Source: an uncultured Alphaproteobacteria bacterium (GTDB taxonomy: Bacteria > Pseudomonadota > Alphaproteobacteria > Rhodobacterales > Rhodobacteraceae). Taken from it: a stretch of 64,000 nt of DNA. Location: the NCBI GenBank assembly GCA_963709765.1, contig CAVPXL010000001.1, positions 33,558-97,557 on the forward strand, in the 5' to 3' direction. Positions 59,546-64,000 of this stretch are shown here, in pieces. A model generated the notes under the pieces. That model did not search any database. It saw nothing but the letters and a program-made list of their open reading frames with translations, and was not told the origin of the DNA. Each line of letters opens with the position of its first letter. Position 1 is the first letter of the stretch. The position numbers were made by a program, and so were the translations under genes.

Positions 59546-60480
59546 GCCAGTTCGACGTCTCCGGTACCCGCGGTCGCTCCGGCTGGCACGACTGGCTGAT
59601 GACCGAGACACCGCGCTCGCGTCGCCAGGCGCAGTTCGGCTCGCTCTACCAGGGCTGGCTTGCGCTGCGATCGAACCCGATGGCGCTGTTTGGCCTCGCC
59701 ATCCTCGTCTTTCTCGTGCTGGTGGCGATCTTCGCGCCATTCCTCGCGCCGCACGACCCCTTCGCGCAGGACCTCTCGGCGCGGCTGCAGCCGATCGGAA
59801 GCGAGGGGTATCTGCTGGGCACCGACAGCCTCGGTCGCGACATCCTCAGCCGGCTGATCTTCGGCGCGCGGATCACGCTCTACATCGTCGCGCTGGTGGC
59901 GCTGATCGCGCCGGTGGCCGGGCTCTTCATGGGCACCGTGGCCGGCTATGCCGGCGGCTGGGCGGACACGATCCTGATGCGGATCACCGACATCTTCCTC
60001 GCCTTCCCCCGGCTCGTGCTGGCCCTCGCTTTCGTCGCGGCGCTCGGCGCAGGGATCGAGAACGCGGTGATCGCGATCTCGCTGACCGCCTGGCCGCCCT
60101 ATGCCCGGATCGCGCGGGCCGAGACGCTCACGATCCGCAACGCCGACTACATCGCCGCGGTGCGCCTGCAGGGGGCGGGGCCGCTGCGGATCATCACGCG
60201 CCACATCTGGCCGCTCTGCATCTCCTCGCTGATCGTGCGGGTGACGCTCGACATGGCGGGGATCATCCTTGCCGCCGCCGGCCTCGGCTTCCTCGGTCTG
60301 GGCGCGCAGCCGCCATCGCCGGAATGGGGTGCGATGATCTCCGAAGGCAGGCGCTTCATTCTCGACCATTGGTGGGTGGCGACAATGCCGGGCCTTGCCA
60401 TCTTCCTCGTCAGCCTCGCCTTCAACCTGCTGGGCGACGGCCTGCGCGACGTGCTCGACCCCAAGGGGGGCGGCGAATGA
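59542..60480 (+). CDS. ABC transporter permease (DppC/OppC-like)
   Basis: ATG 59542 (ATGA overlap) in the frame of ORF 59275..60480. The product reads GTDSLGRDILSRLIFGARI.... Confidence 0.85.
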   Translation: MSQFDVSGTRGRSGWHDWLMTETPRSRRQAQFGSLYQGWLALRSNPMALFGLAILVFLVLVAIFAPFLAPHDPFAQDLSARLQPIGSEGYLLGTDSLGRDILSRLIFGARITLYIVALVALIAPVAGLFMGTVAGYAGGWADTILMRITDIFLAFPRLVLALAFVAALGAGIENAVIAISLTAWPPYARIARAETLTIRNADYIAAVRLQGAGPLRIITRHIWPLCISSLIVRVTLDMAGIILAAAGLGFLGLGAQPPSPEWGAMISEGRRFILDHWWVATMPGLAIFLVSLAFNLLGDGLRDVLDPKGGGE

Positions 60481-61322
60481 ACCTGATCGACGTGGACGAC
60501 CTCTGGGTCCGCTTCCCGACCCGGACAGGTATGTTCGAGGCGGTGCGCGGCATCTCGTTCTCGCTCGGCCGCGAGCGGCTAGGCATCGTCGGCGAAAGCG
60601 GGTCGGGCAAGTCGATGACAGGCCGCGCCATCCTGCGCCTCATCCGCCCGCCGGGACGGGTCGAGGCGAAGCGCATCGCGATCGAGGGCGACGACATTCT
60701 CGCAATGTCCGAGCGCCAGATGCGCTCTGTTCGCGGCCGCCGCATCTCGATGATCATGCAGGACCCGAAGTTCTCGCTGAACCCGGTGATGACCGTCGGC
60801 GACCAGATCGTCGAGGCCTATGCGATCCATCGCGGCAGCCGTTCGGACGCGAAAATCAAGGCGCTGGAAATGCTGGAGGCGGTGCAGATCCGCGACCCCG
60901 AACGCGTCTATCGCAGCTACCCGCACGAGATGTCGGGCGGGATGGGGCAGCGCATCATGATCGCCATGATGCTGATCCCCGACCCCTCGGTCCTGATCGC
61001 GGACGAGCCGACTTCGGCGCTCGACGTCAGCGTGCAGACGCAGGTTCTGCGGATCATGGACCGCCTCGTGACCGAGCGCGGGATGGGCCTGATCTTCATC
61101 AGCCACGACCTCAACCTGGTCTCCGCGTTCTGCGACCGGGTGCTCATCATGTATTCCGGCCGGATCGTCGAGGTGCTGGAGGCGCACAGGCTGAACGAGG
61201 CGCAGCACCCGTACACGCGCGGCCTGCTGAACTCCCTGCCCCGGCTCGACGCACCCAGGCGGCGGCTCGACGTGCTGACCCGCGATCCGGCCTGGCGCGA
61301 TTCGCCGAGCGTGGCCGGATGA
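60477..61322 (+). CDS. ABC transporter ATP-binding protein (DppD/OppD-like)
   Basis: ATG 60477 (ATGA overlap). Walker A (GESGSGKS), the signature MSGGMGQR and Walker B (LIADEPTSALD) are present. Confidence 0.85.
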   Translation: MNLIDVDDLWVRFPTRTGMFEAVRGISFSLGRERLGIVGESGSGKSMTGRAILRLIRPPGRVEAKRIAIEGDDILAMSERQMRSVRGRRISMIMQDPKFSLNPVMTVGDQIVEAYAIHRGSRSDAKIKALEMLEAVQIRDPERVYRSYPHEMSGGMGQRIMIAMMLIPDPSVLIADEPTSALDVSVQTQVLRIMDRLVTERGMGLIFISHDLNLVSAFCDRVLIMYSGRIVEVLEAHRLNEAQHPYTRGLLNSLPRLDAPRRRLDVLTRDPAWRDSPSVAG

Positions 61323-62077
61323 GCGCGATCACGACGGAGGACCTCGATGTCTGGTTCGGCGCCGGCCGCGACCGGGTCGACGCGGTGCGGGATGCCAACT
61401 TCGCCGTCGCACGCGGCGAATCGTTCGGACTCGTCGGCGAAAGCGGCTCGGGCAAGTCCACCATCCTGCGCGCGATCACCGGCCTCGTGCCGACCTGGTC
61501 GGGCCGCATCACGATCGACGGACGGGCGCTCGGCCGGAAACGGGACAGGGACTTCTACCGTAACGTCCAGATGGTGTTTCAGGACCCCTACGCCTCGCTG
61601 CATCCCCGCCATTCCGTGGACCGCGTGTTGAGCGAAACGCTGAACCTGCACGGCATGCGCGACGTCGATGACCGGATCAGGCGCCTGCTCGACGATGTGG
61701 GCCTCGGGCCCAGCTTCCGCTTTCGCTATCCGCACCAGCTCTCGGGCGGACAGAGGCAGCGGGTGGCCGTGGCGCGGGCCCTCGCGCCGGAGCCCGACAT
61801 CCTTCTGCTGGACGAGCCGACCTCGGCGCTCGACGTGAGCGTGCAGGCCGAGATCCTGAACCTGCTCACCGATCTGCGCGCCGAGCACAACCTGACCTAC
61901 CTGATGGTCTCTCACGATCTCGCCGTCGTCGGCCACATGTGCGACCGGATCGCGGTCATGCAGTCGGGCCGCATCGTCGAGACGATCGACGTGGACGCCA
62001 TGCGCGAGATGCGGGTGACCGAAGAGTACACCCGCCACCTGCTGAAGAGTTCGCTTGGCTACGAGCGCCAGGCATAG
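61319..62077 (+). CDS. ABC transporter ATP-binding protein (DppF/OppF-like)
   Basis: ATG 61319 (ATGA overlap). [17 protein letters not shown] and LLLDEPTSALD are present. Confidence 0.85.
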   Translation: MSAITTEDLDVWFGAGRDRVDAVRDANFAVARGESFGLVGESGSGKSTILRAITGLVPTWSGRITIDGRALGRKRDRDFYRNVQMVFQDPYASLHPRHSVDRVLSETLNLHGMRDVDDRIRRLLDDVGLGPSFRFRYPHQLSGGQRQRVAVARALAPEPDILLLDEPTSALDVSVQAEILNLLTDLRAEHNLTYLMVSHDLAVVGHMCDRIAVMQSGRIVETIDVDAMREMRVTEEYTRHLLKSSLGYERQA

Positions 62078-62137
62078 GGCCATGACAGACAGTGGCGCCG
62101 GCGCGGAGCCGGCGCAAAACCGGCTCCGTCGGCCGGC

Positions 62138-64000
62138 TCAGGCGCTGCTGCGGGCGGCGGTCACGATACGGTCCGCGTCGCGGCCATAGACTTCCTCGAA
62201 ATGGTCGAACCGCGCCTCGAGCCAGCCAACCCCTTGCGTCGCGGAGCGGAGGGACTGGGCCAGATCGCCGAGCGCGCTCGCAGGCATCTGGGTGCGGAAC
62301 AGGTCCCAGCCGCGCGCGCCCGGATCCCGGTCGAAACCCAGAACCCGGCCGTTGAGCGACGACACGAGCGCCCCCAGCGCACCGCTGTGAACCGAGGGCG
62401 CGTGGATCTCCACCTGATGGATCGGTTGCAGAAGTGTCGGGACCGCATCGGCCAGCGCCTGGGCCACCGCGGCCCGTCCCGCGGCGCGGAAGGCGAAGTC
62501 GGAGCTGTCGACCGAATGGTGCTGTCCATCCGTCAGCGTCACGCCCACATCGACGACGGGAAAGCCGAGCGCTCCGGCAGCCAGCGCGTCGCGGGCGCCA
62601 GCCTCGACCGCCGGGATGTAGTTGCGCGGCACCGCGCCGCCCTTGACCGTCTCCTCGAAGGTGAAGCCGATGCCGCGCGGGTTCGGATGCACCGACAGAT
62701 GCACGTCGGCGAACTGCCCCGCGCCGCCGGTCTGCTTGCGATGGCGATGGTGGACGCTGGCGCTTCGGCTGATGGTTTCGCGCCAGACGCCGTCGGGCGC
62801 GGACTCGACCGCCTCGACACCGTAATCCTCGGCCAGCGCGGCAAGCACGCGCCGCAGGTGCAACGGCCCCTGATACCGGACAAGCAGCGCCCCGCTGGTC
62901 TCGTCCTGGCTGGTCTCCAGACCCGGATCGTCCTCGGCCAGACGCGCCAGCGCCTGCGACAGCTTGGCCTCGTCCCGCTCGTTAGCCGGAGACACGCGGC
63001 GCACGAACATCGGCTCGGGCGGCCGGGCCCAGTCGGGCGGCGCCACGCTGCGATCAGTGAGAAGAAGACGCGGCGCGGCAAGCTGATCGGCCTTCATCGC
63101 CGCCGCCACATGGCCAAGGGGCAGCGGCGACGGTGCCGACGTGTCCTGTCCGGCCTCCTTCATCGCGCCCACATTGCCGCCGCCGAGCGCGGCACCCGCG
63201 CCCACGCCTTCGCCCAGGGCACGCAGATGGGTGACCTTGCCCACATGTTTGCGCAGGCTCGCCTGAAAGGTCACGGCGATCGGTGGTTCCTCGATGCCGG
63301 CCCCCGCGAAGAGCCGCTCGCGCAGGATCTCGACGGGCGGCGCCTCGTGCCGCAAGGCCTTCATTAGGCGCACCATGCCTGCGCCCTTGACGGCCGATCC
63401 CATGAGCGCCGGCGTCACACGATTGTCGGCAAGCACGCGCGAGCAGATGGAGTAGAGCGCACCCGCCGCCGGTTCGCGATCCTCGACGATCTCTTCCAGA
63501 AGCCAGTCGTCGAACTCGGAGAGATGCTCGAGAAGTTCGGCCCGTGCCTCCTGCTCGCGCGGCGCCGCGTCGTTCGGCACCTCGATCAACGCGGACGGGC
63601 CCCCTTCGCGGTACTTCCAGGCGCGCTCGGAGACGAGGTCCACCACCCCCACGACCTGATCTCCGTCCCGGATGGGGATCTGGCGAAGGACGATGACGTG
63701 GCTGGAATAGGCCTGGAGCGCATCGACGATGTCACGCATCCGCCCGCGCGCCTCATCGATGCGGTTCACGAAGACAAGGCAAGGTGTCTCGGATTCCTCC
63801 ACGATCCGCAGATATGGCGCTGCCAGAAGTGCCGCCTCGGGGTCTGGCGGAACGACGACGAGCGCCGCGTCGCTGGCAAGGAGCGCGGCCCGGGCGCTGG
63901 GCAGCGCCTCGATCCCGCCTGGCGTGTCGATCGCGCACCAAGGGTCATCCATGAACCGAAAGGTCGAGAGTCCGACGCCGGACCGCGATTCCGATCGCTC
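62138..64000 (-). CDS. Elongation-factor-G-like GTPase paralogue; 5' end off the right edge
   Basis: Based on ORF 62138..63952. The frame stays open to 64000 (ERSESRSGVGLSTFRF-MDDPW...). The order of domains II-V is EF-G-like. G3 reads DTPGG and G4 reads NRID, in place of DTPGH and NKxD. Confidence 0.75.
   Translation of the reverse strand, partial: ERSESRSGVGLSTFRFMDDPWCAIDTPGGIEALPSARAALLASDAALVVVPPDPEAALLAAPYLRIVEESETPCLVFVNRIDEARGRMRDIVDALQAYSSHVIVLRQIPIRDGDQVVGVVDLVSERAWKYREGGPSALIEVPNDAAPREQEARAELLEHLSEFDDWLLEEIVEDREPAAGALYSICSRVLADNRVTPALMGSAVKGAGMVRLMKALRHEAPPVEILRERLFAGAGIEEPPIAVTFQASLRKHVGKVTHLRALGEGVGAGAALGGGNVGAMKEAGQDTSAPSPLPLGHVAAAMKADQLAAPRLLLTDRSVAPPDWARPPEPMFVRRVSPANERDEAKLSQALARLAEDDPGLETSQDETSGALLVRYQGPLHLRRVLAALAEDYGVEAVESAPDGVWRETISRSASVHHRHRKQTGGAGQFADVHLSVHPNPRGIGFTFEETVKGGAVPRNYIPAVEAGARDALAAGALGFPVVDVGVTLTDGQHHSVDSSDFAFRAAGRAAVAQALADAVPTLLQPIHQVEIHAPSVHSGALGALVSSLNGRVLGFDRDPGARGWDLFRTQMPASALGDLAQSLRSATQGVGWLEARFDHFEEVYGRDADRIVTAARSSA

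Overview
GC-rich chromosomal segment. Gene content and synteny look alphaproteobacterial, probably Rhodobacterales-like; that assignment is inference.

Most of the window is ordinary core genome:
- Translation: metG, valS, efp, tRNA-Leu(UAA), tRNA-Cys(GCA) and an EF-G paralogue.
- Methionine and folate: divergent metR-metF.
- Signalling: pleD with DUF3572, and a partial H-NOX gene at the left edge.
- Envelope: tolC-pcm plus a DUF2497-like gene, a rhomboid protease, an MsbA-like ABC exporter and an MFS transporter.

Three accessory blocks stand out:
1. 38.4-44.9 kb: a sugar-type ABC transporter wrapped around a GH63/glucosylglycerate-hydrolase-like gene.
2. 44.8-55.7 kb: a homogentisate-pathway island. 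It carries hmgA-fahA, an MBL hydrolase, a flavin monooxygenase, a small DUF2783 ORF and dctPQM, with divergent marR-maiA at one end and marR plus a VOC gene at the other. The two MarR promoter regions share a 7-4-7 palindromic operator-like motif.
3. 55.8-62.1 kb: an M19 dipeptidase with a peptide-type ABC transporter.

No CRISPR array, integrase, transposase, toxin-antitoxin pair or recognisable defence system was seen. I cannot point to a convincing novel multi-gene system.

The observations most worth a second look are:
- About twenty clumped single-base frame breaks confined to the accessory loci. These may be assembly errors or real gene decay.
- An orphan imuA-like gene preceded by a LexA box.
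- A membrane-anchored coiled-coil protein with 3 x 84-bp tandem repeats.
- A lone form-II CoxL-like gene overlapping a DUF2235 hydrolase gene.
- Compositionally atypical in-frame segments inside valS.
- An EF-G paralogue that lacks the catalytic histidine.

All family assignments come from reading the translations by eye. No database search was run.
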